From Lingula anatina (taxonomy: Eukaryota > Animalia > Brachiopoda), in contig CM120644.1 of assembly GCA_051362555.1 (NCBI GenBank), positions 4,968,954 to 5,032,953 on the forward strand: a stretch of 64,000 nt of DNA, written 5' to 3'. Made by a program: the position numbers and the translations under genes. Under the pieces are notes generated by a model, which had not been told where the DNA came from, did no database searches, and saw nothing but the letters and a program-made list of their open reading frames with translations. Below are positions 52,416-64,000 of the stretch, one piece after another. The stretch's first letter is position 1. Each line of letters begins with the position of its first letter.

Positions 52416-55301
52416 AAACCAAAGGCATAACGTGGTAGGTAGCTCTGAGTGTGTGACCTCAGTGACCTTGACCTCTATGTTGATGACTGAATGCATAAGT
52501 AGGCACAGGAAAAGGAGGTCATCCTAGGTATTTCAACATACACTTTTACTACGCTACTCTAGGAGAGAGTTAGGAAAACAAAATCAACTCGAGATCTAGA
52601 TAATTTTAAAGGCAAAATTACCTCAGGGAAGCTTAAAATGAAGAACAGGAAGAAAAATAACGTGATGCATGTTATCCCTGAAGAAATGCATCTAGATGAG
52701 AAGAGTAAGTGAAAGATAATTAACTTGGATCTTCAAAATAAAGTGTGTAAGAGAGTGATTTAATGCCAAGGCAAATATATTCACAATCAAACTCTTACTT
52801 TTTCATTTTAAATAGCTTTTTTAGCACATGAAGGTGTGTGGAAGCAATCGAAAAAGGTGGAATGATTGTGCTGTTGTGATGGTGCATACGTGTTTGGGAC
52901 CAGCTAGTAGGCTCAAAATAATCTCAGAAAGATGCTCTGATTTCATTTGGTTAAGAATTATTACTTACTTCACACTTGACCTTTTTTTTCTTTCTTCATA
53001 TGGTCTTCATTTCCAATGTATGAGCTTCCTCTTTGAGATTATTTAAATTTCAGTTAGCAGCCCGTACAGGCCATATGTATTGGTATAAACTGTTACCATC
53101 ACAGACACTTGAATTATTGATATACAGCTTTCATTTAGGTCAGGGTGGTTTTTTTACAAAGCTGTAAGGCTTATCTAAGTCTGGATTTTATAGTTCATTT
53201 ATCTTTAAGTTGAATAGGTATATAGATAAGTTCCTACATATAGAGAGAAAGCAGATTATTTGTGATCTCTTATATTTTACAGTTGAGTGATTTAGGAACA
53301 CACTCACACACACACACTACAACTGGTCACCAGCTCTTATGCTATAATGATTAATGTACACACTGTATTATTCTTGTTATGTCTGTATGTCATGTTGCTT
53401 CACAGTCAGAGTAAAATATACTAGAGCTGAAATATACAGAGGAATACATTAACTAGTTAATTGATAAGAATAGAATATCCGGATTCCTCCATTTCCTGGA
53501 GGGGTCATATCGCAAACAGTTAGTAATCACCCTCGATAACAACTTGGACATTAGAACTAGACTGGTCAATGAGATTGAGAACTAGTTACAGTGCCTAATC
53601 GAGCCACGGCAGCACTAAGTCTGGGAGAGTTCATTAACTACGTGATAAACAGTATGGAAATAAGCATTTTCCAATCCTTCTAAGGCTGTATTTTGGAAGT
53701 TGTTGTTTTATGGGTTTAATTGAAGGAATATATGAATAAAACCACAGCAGAATTAAGCAATGTAATGTGGCATTGAGACGTGAGCGTCAAGGGTTGGGTT
53801 GTTTTACAGTTTGGCAGGATGGGTATATTTAGACGCAACACCAATGTTTATTTCAACATATATGTTTTTAAAGGTCTGCAGTATACAGCAAATTGAAAAA
53901 TTGTGGATGAAAAGTACATATTTATATTCAAATAAAAGCAAAGGGGAAAATGATGAATAATGATAATAATAAATGTAGATGAAATACTAGGAATCCCAAA
54001 ATGTGTGCAGAGAAGTGCTGACGTCCAGCTGTGTACAATAGATTTCCTGGATTTGAAAAATGACTAAAGTGAAATGTGAGATTTGTGGCAGCATCATAAA
54101 CCAATAATGCCACAAGCCTGATAGCTATTGACAGCTAAGATGCATGGCGCAATCGGTGGGCGCAGCGATCTGATTAACTGACAAATGGATAGAACGACAT
54201 CGAAACTCTTCCTGGATTTAATAAATCTAATGCACAAGGATGTGATATAAACTTACAAATAGAATAGAGTATTATAGCTATAATTATTCTTCTGGGAAAT
54301 GCCATGGATTTTGGCATTTGAATGTCTCATGTATGGTACAGACAGTGGGCTGTTGTTGTCAAAGCATCTCAAGGTCTCTGTTTTTTTTCGGGATATCATT
54401 TATTTGCATTGAGGGCATCTGTATGCCTACAAGAATCAACTTCAAGCCACTAGGGGAAAAACTAACATCACAATGAGCTTTTTATATGTACAGGCTTCAT
54501 ATGCATATATGTTTAGATTCAGTAAAAGTCCCTTGGGATTTTTTCTCCCTTTGCTCACAAATTGGAACCAATCAGTTTTCACTAAATAGAACCAAAAAAT
54601 AATTGCCATTGAAGTAAACAATGCCCTGTTGGTTGTTAACAGCTTGTAGAGCTATAAATGGGAGCATGTTAATAGCTGCTCTCCTGAAATGTAGATGGAT
54701 GTGATTTAGAGGTATACACTAGGGCAAGGTCACAAAAGAACACCTTTATTTTACTCCTATCACATTATTATTGCCCTGCCTTAAGGGGGTTTAGATCCAA
54801 GTCGGCTAGGTTGTGGAGATTAAGTTGGGACGGATAGAAATGAACCATTTCCCTCCCTGTTTCCGTGTCCCTGAAGTGTGCAATTATCATTTGTGATAGT
54901 TGTTTATTTACACAGGCGAGATAACTCTTCCCCTACGTGAGCTAGAGCAGATAGCTCACTGCCAGGTACCAGGGCTTAGTTTTGTTATTTAAAATGTATT
55001 TATTTGTCCGTCTCTCTGTGTCTGCAATTTATCTTATCAATGGATTTTTTTTTAAAGTTATTTTTATTCATGGTGGACAAACACAGGGGGTTTGACGTGG
55101 TACACATGTACCTTGGCTTTTATTAGGTATTTAAAATGGGGTCACTCTAGGTGAATGAAACTTTAAGTGTTTTCGGGTTATCTATGGGGTCATTGTGATA
55201 GGGGAAGGGGGGTGGATCAGGCAGTAGGTGTCCCTTGATGACCTCTTTACTGACCTTACAGAGGACAGATGGCTTAATAAGGACACTTGTTATCTTTGTA
55301 A

Positions 55302-55516
55302 GGCTCTGTTCTCACAACTTTTAGATCGATCTATCACCGCGGGGAGTCTCACTAGATTACTGTCAGATAATCCCCCTTAAGTGTCCGTCCCCGCCTACTA
55401 CAAGCTTTAAGGGGTAATTAACTTTCGTGTCCGCCCGGCTAACAGCTATTTAGCGTGAACCCCCAGGGAGTTAGGTCGATCCAATGTAGGTCGATCTAAT
55501 CTATGAGAATGGGGTG
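55302..55516. mobile_element. Diverged MITE with TAA flanks (PIF/Harbinger-like)
   Basis: Left end GGCTCTGTTCTCACAACTTTTAGATCGATCTA. Right end TAGGTCGATCTAATCTATGAGAATGGGGTG (imperfect inverted repeat). TAA at 55299-55301 and 55517-55519. CpG-rich interior. Confidence 0.6.
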
Positions 55517-55530
55517 TAAGTTTAGAACGT

Positions 55531-55567
<37 letters not shown>
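55531..55567. repeat. Poly-G tract (~37 nt)
   Basis: Read directly. Length may be inflated by sequencing error. Confidence 0.85.
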
Positions 55568-55568
<1 letters not shown>

Positions 55569-56786
55569 TGGAAAAAGGTGGTATGGTAAGGGAAAGGCCA
55601 CTTAGCAAAGGTACTGAAACACTGAAAAGTACTAAAGTTCATAATAAAAAAAAAAACATGATATAGCAAGGTCACATGCAGTACTAAATTGTATACTCCT
55701 AAGACTTTTAGTGATAGAAAAAGAGAGAGAGAAAGAAAAAAGAGAGAAGGAGATCCATTAGATTAAAAGCTAGTTCTGGCGTGCAGACAAGGTTTAGCAT
55801 TCACCACTGTTCACCTCCCTGCACTCTAACTGTGATAGCAGCTGTGCACGTTACAGGTAGAATGCCACGCGAGCTGGGCCCCGTGTTTTTCCTACGACCT
55901 TTTTACTGATGTTGATATGGTAACAGCACTGGTATATAGCTAACTGGCTTAATGGAGTTGCTTTCAAATTTGGCTCCATCTTGGCAGCAGGCCTTGGAAC
56001 TTGTCTCTGCAGGATGTTTTTTATTTAGTTAAAACAACACTCGTGCACATCCTCATTCGGTGCAGACGCACACAATTTTGCCATGAACATTCTGAAAAGG
56101 GCAAGTTATCATTAAATATTCTTGTTATTCTATTATAAGAGTCCGTCTGTTTCACAATGGTGGCATACCTGTATGGTCCCTGGTGTTCAAATCTCTCCAA
56201 ACAGACTCTCCAGCACAGCTTAAGCCCTCATGTAATAGGTTGTTTTAGCGACATTGCATTGAATATCTGGACTTAAAGTTAACTTTTCTCTGTGCTTTGC
56301 TGCTGCCTTACATGAATGTAGTTGCTTTTGAATGCTCATGCTTGACACACTTTATGTATCCCCCCTCCCCCCTCCTATTTCTCTCCTATTTCTCTTCATC
56401 TCTCCCCTGCCAGGGCTGAATATGCACCATTCCAGCATTATCCCTCTGCCTCATGACCCTAGAAACACAGGAGAATCATACCCATGGGGCTGTTATAAGG
56501 TGTTGCCATGGAGATGGCCACTGTCAGAGATAATACATTTCTTGTTTAAATATCTGGAGTGAGGCTCAGTATATCTCTGTATGCCAGGTATGTACAGAGT
56601 CCTGATGGATGAGACGTAATTTGTCGAGAATGGAATAAAAACAAAGATTTTCATTTTGTTGGAAGGTTATGAATGATATTGTCGCGGATGTGAATATTTC
56701 ATCTTGCTGTCAATGACTAAGGCATTCAAAGTCGACCACTAGTCTTTTGTAGGTATAATGTTTAGTAATTAATTAAAAGAGAGGTC

Positions 56787-56819
<33 letters not shown>

Positions 56820-58086
56820 ATTTTATTTTTATCCTGAAACATTATCTTGCCAACAGGGGTGTCCTTTTTTTGTCACCCAAGTATCCCAGCTGGTTGTAAA
56901 AAAAACATTGGGCATAAAATTAATATCTTTTTTTTTTTTTTTTTTTTTTCAATAATTCAGTTAGGTGATGGATGTATTTTCAGGTCATTAATTTTATCTG
57001 GCAGAGGAAACCAGAATCCAGCACTTTCAGTGTTGTTGTATAAATTCTGGAATACATTATTGATTAATGGTTTCAATGTACTGAGGGCAAATGGTACTCC
57101 TGATGTTCAAGCAATAAGGATAACCAAATAGCCAAGGGATTTTCCTTAGATATAGATTCCAAGACGAAATGGGAAGAGTTGGTTGATATTAGTGTCAATT
57201 GTGAAATTATGAAATTATCTTGAGAAAAAAAAAAGAAAGAACAGATGCTCAAGCTTTGTTTATTTTAAAAAGGGAGGAAATGTTGATAAGAGATTAATAA
57301 CGTTCAGTTTTTATACGATTGTGAAAGAGATGATAAATGGGAGTGATGAAAATGTCCACAGACCCCAAGATCAATATTCCTGTCAACGTGACGTCAAATT
57401 TGAAGGTGACCTTCACTTCTGAAGGTCATCAGTTTGTCTCCGAATTTGAAAGGCCCCCAACCTCAACGTGAATGAATGCACAGATCAAAGTCTAGTTTGG
57501 AGTTGGATTTCAAGGTCATCAAGTACACCACACTGGCCTTGTTTTAGTTAGCTGTTTTCAACACCTTGTTTTTCTGCCAGTACACACGTTTTGCATTTGT
57601 GTGAAAAAAAATGTAAAGATTTGTGTGTGTACGGGCGGAAAAAAAAAAGGTTTGGTTGTACCTTTTAAAAGAAGGTTCAGTAATTTATTCAGCTGAAAAG
57701 AGGTGGAATTTGTATTTGAAAAGAATAAAAAGAAAGGTGAGCTGTTGTGAGAATGAAAAGCATTTAAGTTAGGAAGGGCAAAAAAAAAAAAAAAAGAAAG
57801 AAAGTACCTACAGTATGAAGGTAGAAAGTAGTCTGTTGTTTCTTTGTTATAATGCAACAGGAATCCCTGTCTGGGATCTTGAATAGAGCACTTGTTATAT
57901 AGAGGGGGCTTCCCCTAAAAGGTGTGTCTGTAATGGGACTGTTTGATTGGTTGATTGTACCTGGAGGAGTGTCTGGCATTCTGTCCGTGTATTGGATAAT
58001 GGAGAGAGGTGTGTTTTGTTTATTTATTGGTTGAGGGAAAACCGCAAAAAATGTCATCTGCTATAGACATGCATTTCATCATGGCT

Positions 58087-58090
<4 letters not shown>

Positions 58091-58154
<64 letters not shown>
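58091..58154. repeat. (CT)n microsatellite
   Basis: Read directly. Confidence 0.95.
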
Positions 58155-58158
<4 letters not shown>

Positions 58159-60601
58159 AATTGAATACAAGTTTTATAGATATAAATATTGAAGTGTTTG
58201 CCATGAACCATCTGATGTTTCTAATACCCCCCCTCCCCCCCCCCAAAAAAAAAAAAAGATAAAAAGCCTTCCTCCTGTGGTTTTCAGTGTTAATTGCTGC
58301 CCTTTACATCCTGCTCTCAGCCAGTTGTAGAGCTGTGTTATTTTCAAGGCGGTAGTTTCAGTGGATTAACCAGGTGCTCAGATGTACTACCTGTATGACA
58401 TTTCACTGCATTATTATAGCAGCAAAGATATGCCAGAAGTTTGCATAATTGACCCAGTTTTATAATCATCTGGTGGTACCCACAGCTTGAATAAGTTTCT
58501 GGTGAAGATTAAAAAGGTGCTGATATAGCAGCTAAAAAAAAAAAGAAAAGCAAAAAGAGAGTGTTCTGGTAATATTGGTATGATTTAAAGAAATGCTAAT
58601 TGCTACTGTTGGCCAGGTACTTGCAGATATTTTTCATATATACTCTGAAGTTGACTGTGCATAGCATCTTATTGCAGCAGTGCAAATGTGATGGGCTTTG
58701 TCATTTAGTGTTTAATATTCCCGTGTGCGTGCAGCAAGTCGCGTACCAAAACTTTTTTTTTGCTTGTCTATTTGTATTAATTGTCTTTGAAATATTCACG
58801 AAGGTGCTTGTAGAATGGGTTTTCTATATTATTTTCAGGCAGAGACTTTGGCTTGTAGCCAATAGTGTTGACTGTAGAGTTATTCTTTGATTACATGAAT
58901 GCACATGTTGATGCATGCATACACGTACATTGCACATGTTCTGTACGAAGGATTACCAAGTTTCTTTTGGTACAACATTTATAAATATTAAATATGATAA
59001 TTTCGATTTTCAGCATTTTGTTTTACATAGAGTTACTGCTGGCAAATTAAAAAAAAAAAAGTGTACAAACACCATACAGTGACGTGACAAAAATACACTG
59101 ACAGCCAACAGTGACAGTGTGCGAAACCAGTGAATTGAGATGGCATGTCTGTAAAAATGAGATATTTTGTATTACATGTTTTATGCATGAATGCTAAATG
59201 TTTGTCTGTGTGCAAAGATGTCTTGTGCACAGTGTGTCTGAGTGCATGTGAAAAACTGTAAAATGAACTTGTTTGTGATTTTCTTATTGTGAAGTTTCAA
59301 CTGGGTCATTTCACAAAAAAGTAAAGGCTTCAGTCACACATTTTTGCAATAATTATGGACATGCACTGTTACTTTCATCGATTCATATTATAGTACTGCC
59401 CAATATGGAAAGAGAGCAATAATTGAAATGATATAAAACAGTTAAGCAAAATATTACCCAACGTGTGTGTTACAGACACAATTCAAATGTTCACTTTTGG
59501 TGGAATGATCCGGTTAAGACATTTTGAAGTGTCCAGCAGCATCAGCAGCAGCAATATCAATCAAGATTCAAATCTTAAATCATTTTAACAAAAACTGATA
59601 TACTTCACTCCTATGATTAGGCAAAACTGAAAACAAAGTGCTGCTCAATAAATATGTACAGTACTTGTATCATTTTGTTAGACTACATGATCGCTTGTTT
59701 AATTCTTCAAATCAGGTGATCATGAGTCAGCTTGAGTTCACCATTTATGCTTCACAAATTTTGCCCATAACAAATTTATAGATAAATGGATTTATTTTGT
59801 AAAACACTTCTTATGTACAAATGTATTTGATATATATCATATTTTTTGGTCAGATGTTTGTGAAATTTTTCATGAAATGTGTAATTTAAAGGGGAAACAT
59901 TGAGTTGAAATTGTTGATTAAATCTTTGTCACATAATTGCAGAACCTGTACCGTATATTTATTGTTTGATGATCAGTGTTCATCCATACAGGCAAATTCA
60001 ACCCTAGCTACATTTAAAGCTGTGCCAATGGCAGTAGTGCTATAGCTACGACATAATGCATATTTAAGCACCTGCATTAAGTCACAGGTGAATCATCACA
60101 ATATTGACTTAAGGAACAGCTTTTATCAAAGGAACAATCTGATATATAATTATATGCATCAGGTGTTGTGCTCGAATATGGAATGGACATCAAAGTAATT
60201 GGCCACCATTTTCTGATCCAAAAGATTTTTTTTGGAGAGCATTACTGCTGTTTTGAGGAATGGCAAATAAAGCTGTGGCAGCACGGTTTTAGACGTAACA
60301 AACTGCACGGTTGTCATGGCAATGGGTGCCCACGCATTGAGACTACTTTGCTTGACATTCTCTGGGTAGGAAAGACCAACATTTTCCTGATACCTTGTTA
60401 CATCGTTGCAAGGGAGTCAGAAGCAAAGACAGTGCGCCTTGTTTTTTACAAGAGCATTAGAAAAAGGATCAAACTTCAACAGCTAAAACTGTTCCAGAGA
60501 TGACCCTGAAACTGTAACCATATTGGAAAGTAATTGCAAGGGAGAAATAGCCGTCTGTGTTCAGTTCCTTCCTGCCAGAAACAGGTGCTCCCAAAACTGT
60601 C

Positions 60602-61163
60602 ATGGAGGACAGATCTGCCAGGTTAGCGCCAGTTCATCTGGGCACAACACCCCCTAGGGAGCAGTATATATCAGGTGCTATGTCTGGACTCCAGCAAGTT
60701 AAGGGAGAGTCTGTCCCGGGGAGTGGACCCCAACAACACCATAATGCCACTCCTGCAAAAGATGGAGAGGCTTCCGTCAATGTTAAACCACTGGCCCAAG
60801 ACTCGCCAGGAAAAAGGAGAGGACTTACGTTGCCGAAAGATAGGCCATTTTTGCCACACCAGTATCTCTCCTTGACCTCATTACCTGCAACCCCGCCAAG
60901 GTCGCCGAGGCTGGGCCATTGCTCCTCTCAAAAATCTTGGACCACTTCACTCACTGTTGACTGCGGGGGATCAGGGCCAAGCTCCCCGAAAGACCAGTGC
61001 TCCCCCAAGCGGCTTTTGTTGTTGAATGCACTGAACATAAGTCCACCACATAGCGAGAGCAACAGTCCCTCACCAACTTCGGGGAGAAATTCGCCCAAAG
61101 AGACGAGAAGCAAAGGGATTAATTCCCCTAAGAGTCGTTTTCACTTCAAGTATAACTGGAGGT
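60602..61163 (+). CDS. PRKAG2: AMPK gamma: alternative exon MEDRSARLAPV...FHFKYNWR (first exon, or cassette from 60579/60585), phase-1 donor
   Basis: GC-rich Ser/Pro-rich ORF, GTCATGG start context, donor GGT|GTAAGT. T+CT = Ser, in frame with exon 62104. Confidence 0.7.
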
Positions 61164-62103
61164 GTAAGTCTGTAAAGGGTCTTTAGTTTATGTCACATTT
61201 GAAAAGGTAATTTGATAGCATTTTAACTCCCATCTTAATAGAAATTGATGTAGCTGATCGGTTTAGTTCTTTTATGGAAAAAATAAAAGATTTGATTTCA
61301 TACAATGGGTGACATTTAGAAAAATACCAATGAAATTGAATATGACAGTTATCCCATGGAAGTACCCCATTGAATGTGAGATAGAGGTTAGACAAAGAAA
61401 TATGGAAATAAAAGCATCCATGTGCTATTACCTTTGAGTGCAGCTGATGTAACGACAAACCTTATCACATTAAACAGTTCATTTTGCCAAGCCACTGAGC
61501 TATGGATCTAGGTAAAGCAGGAAGCTGGCATATTGCAGCATCAATTTCAGGAAGTTAGCTTATTGCAGCACCAATTTGTGAGTGATGAGTTTTTGTTATG
61601 TGTTTGACTTCTAATGCAGCTGGCCTAGTGCCATGTGTATAACATGGCCAGCTGATACCATGACTGAGATCTTATTTTGTAGGAATTGGCACTTAAAATG
61701 CAGGCTGCAACAAATGTTGCCATGTACTACGTATTCTGTGTAACAGTCATATTGTGACTGGTTAGTAAGTAAATGGTTCCATAACTGCGCTGTTGCTGTT
61801 GTTGTTGCTGCTGCTGATGCTGTTTTATTGTCATTAATGTAAATGTGAACAATTGTTGCAAATGATGTGATTTGTATGAGAGTGCTTGTTTGTCTTCGTT
61901 TGAATATTTGTTTCAGTTTATATATATATATATATATGTGAGTGAATGATAAACAATACTTGTTGGTCTTAAATACTCTTACTATTTTTTTTTAATGTGA
62001 AGTGAAAATATTAGGGTAAAAATTGTATTATTTGCTGGAATAGATATGGGTGATTTAATCTTCACATATTTAAATGATGACAGCGCCCTCTATCCTTTTG
62101 TAG

Positions 62104-62252
62104 CTATATCACTAAAGAACTACACAGGGCTTGAGGCCAGCAGAGTGCCAGGGAACAATGCGGGCGCGGTTCATGGGCGGAGGTCACTCAGCGGCTCCGT
62201 CAGCCTGGACAGCACGGGCGGACAGAGGCTCCATGTACATAGCCCTAAACGG
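62104..62252 (+). CDS. PRKAG2: AMPK gamma: shared internal exon (xISLKNYTGLEASRVPG...LHVHSPKR), phase 1 to 0
   Basis: Acceptor CTCTATCCTTTTGTAG and donor CGG|GTGAGT. 149 nt, GC-rich and open in the required frame. The gene continues beyond the window. Confidence 0.85.
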
Positions 62253-64000
62253 GTGAGTGTAGTAAGTGAAAAACATATTTAAGGAGTTGTAAGCTAGACG
62301 TGAAGTGGAGTCACGTGTGCTGTGGGTTTCTCGTGGCTTGAGGAAACATTGTGTGAAGTCCATCACACCATGAATTTCTTAAAGAACAGAGGTACAGTTT
62401 CACAAAAGTATGAAAGACTTACAGTTGGTCTTGTTTTAAAGACTGCTTTGATTTTGTATTAATACAAATCATTAGACTATAATGATGATCTACTGTTGAA
62501 ATTTATAAAACCAAAGCCATTTCTTCTTTTTCATTTTGATTTTGCTTTAGTACAAAGCATTAGACTGAAATGATGATAACAGTGGAATTTCTTAAAGCTT
62601 GAGCCATTTCTTTCTTTTCATTGAGAAAAAGATGCTATGGCTACTAATATGCTTCATTTTTAATATTGCACTACCACTAGTACATTTGGTTGATTCTTGA
62701 ACATAGACTTTTGTTTTTGGCCTCCATGTTAAGACCGGTGTTCAGATCCAAGTTTATTTGTGAAACTTGTCCCATATATATACTGCAGCAACTAGTTTGT
62801 CTGCAAAAAAAAAGTCACTGCCTTGTACCTCTGGCTGCACACTACGTGTTCATCCTGTTGGACTGCTTGGATCGTGCACTCTTCACTAGGTTAAAGGAAT
62901 GAATTCATTATGGTAGAAAAATGTGCATTTCACATGAACCTTGGTGACTTGCATTCTTCCTATATTACAAGGAGTTAGGGTCATGCGTTTCATCCTACTA
63001 TCATGACATGTTCTATTCGACAGAAGCTAATACTTGGTACTAGTGGAAGACTGCATTCCCATTAACCCATCGTACTAGCTGGATTGATCTAATTTTGCTT
63101 CTCACCCAAGTGCTTACTTGTAATCAGCTTAATTGTCTGGCACCTCCCCTTGAGTAACTAGAAGGTAATAGACTATCATTAATTACCCTCTAGCAGCTTG
63201 AATAGGCATGCCAGACATTTAAGCCGCTTACACTGAATGCGATTTAGTAAGAGTGAGATAGATCCAGGTAGTGCAGTAGGTTTATAGGAACTCTCCCTAA
63301 GCCAACAAAGGCAAAAGTCTCTCTCTTGCACTTCTGGTGAAGCGCTTCAAAAGATTCTCTTCTGCCATAAACTTTATTCTGTTGAAGTGTTGATTAGAAA
63401 AGTGTGGTTTAAAATTGTTTTAAAAGAAAATCTACCTATTCATGTTTGATCTTTATATATTGTTATATAATTATCAATTTATGCATACCAGTTTCATTTG
63501 CATTTTGTAAGTGGTAAATCTGTTTTACTTTTTGCTGAGTTTACTTTAGCAGTGGCAAGGATTTCAAATGAACAGACAACAGTCTGACCTCAAGTGCAGT
63601 TTGTTATTATTGTAGCAAATATAGATGCCCTGATATGACCTGTGTAGAAAAGCTGATATTTTTGTAACCCCTTCCTGGAGATAATGGTATTGATTTATAA
63701 TGTATTAGTGGAGCATCTCTTTTTTTTAATGAAAAATACGAATGCCATTTAAATGTCCCCGTGTCTAGTGATGTATGGTAGTTGATTAAAACTTCAAACA
63801 AAACTGAAAAGGAAAATTCTCAATGCATTTTTTTTTTTTTTTTGACAGATTGAAAACATGCTTTTCTACTTCTTTCAGCACTATAGTGTCGATGATACCA
63901 TTGAACCAATGGAAATGGGAGAAGAGGGTAAGTGCGGGTACAAAGTTAGTGATTGGTAGAAAGGTGACCATTTATTGATATTTAGTATATTATAAACAAT

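Noticed and set aside
339-63971. Remaining 60-140 aa ORFs in the track; autonomous transposon, tRNA or rRNA genes
   Set aside because: The ORFs are dominated by microsatellite and homopolymer translations and non-ATG starts. I recognised no RT, transposase or structural-RNA signatures by eye.

Overview
AT-rich, microsatellite- and homopolymer-rich animal genomic DNA, probably a marine invertebrate such as a mollusc; the taxon cannot be fixed from sequence alone. There are no prokaryotic features. Nearly the whole window is the 5' half of one large + strand gene that I identify as an AMPK gamma subunit (PRKAG2/SNF4Agamma-like). The exon starting at 25537 reads DLSSFAMPVLD, matching DLSSFAMPLLD at the start of human PRKAG2 exon 2 as I recall it. 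The CBS-domain exons are not in the window and should lie downstream. Splice sites and intron phases give a self-consistent model with several alternative N-termini. Phase-0 branch: 18454-18552 > 25537-26205, or 31251-32543, or 37707-37790, each joining a 46-nt phase 0-to-1 micro-exon at 38070-38115. Phase-1 branch: 48849-49248 or 60602-61163. All routes converge on the shared exon 62104-62252. The introns carry a 146-bp tandem array inside a probable non-autonomous element, several small TIR elements (MITEs), microsatellites, and recurrent RFX X-box and TCAAGGTCA motifs. Most short ORFs in the supplied track are spurious. The gene model is inferred from splice consensus and phase; no transcript data were available.
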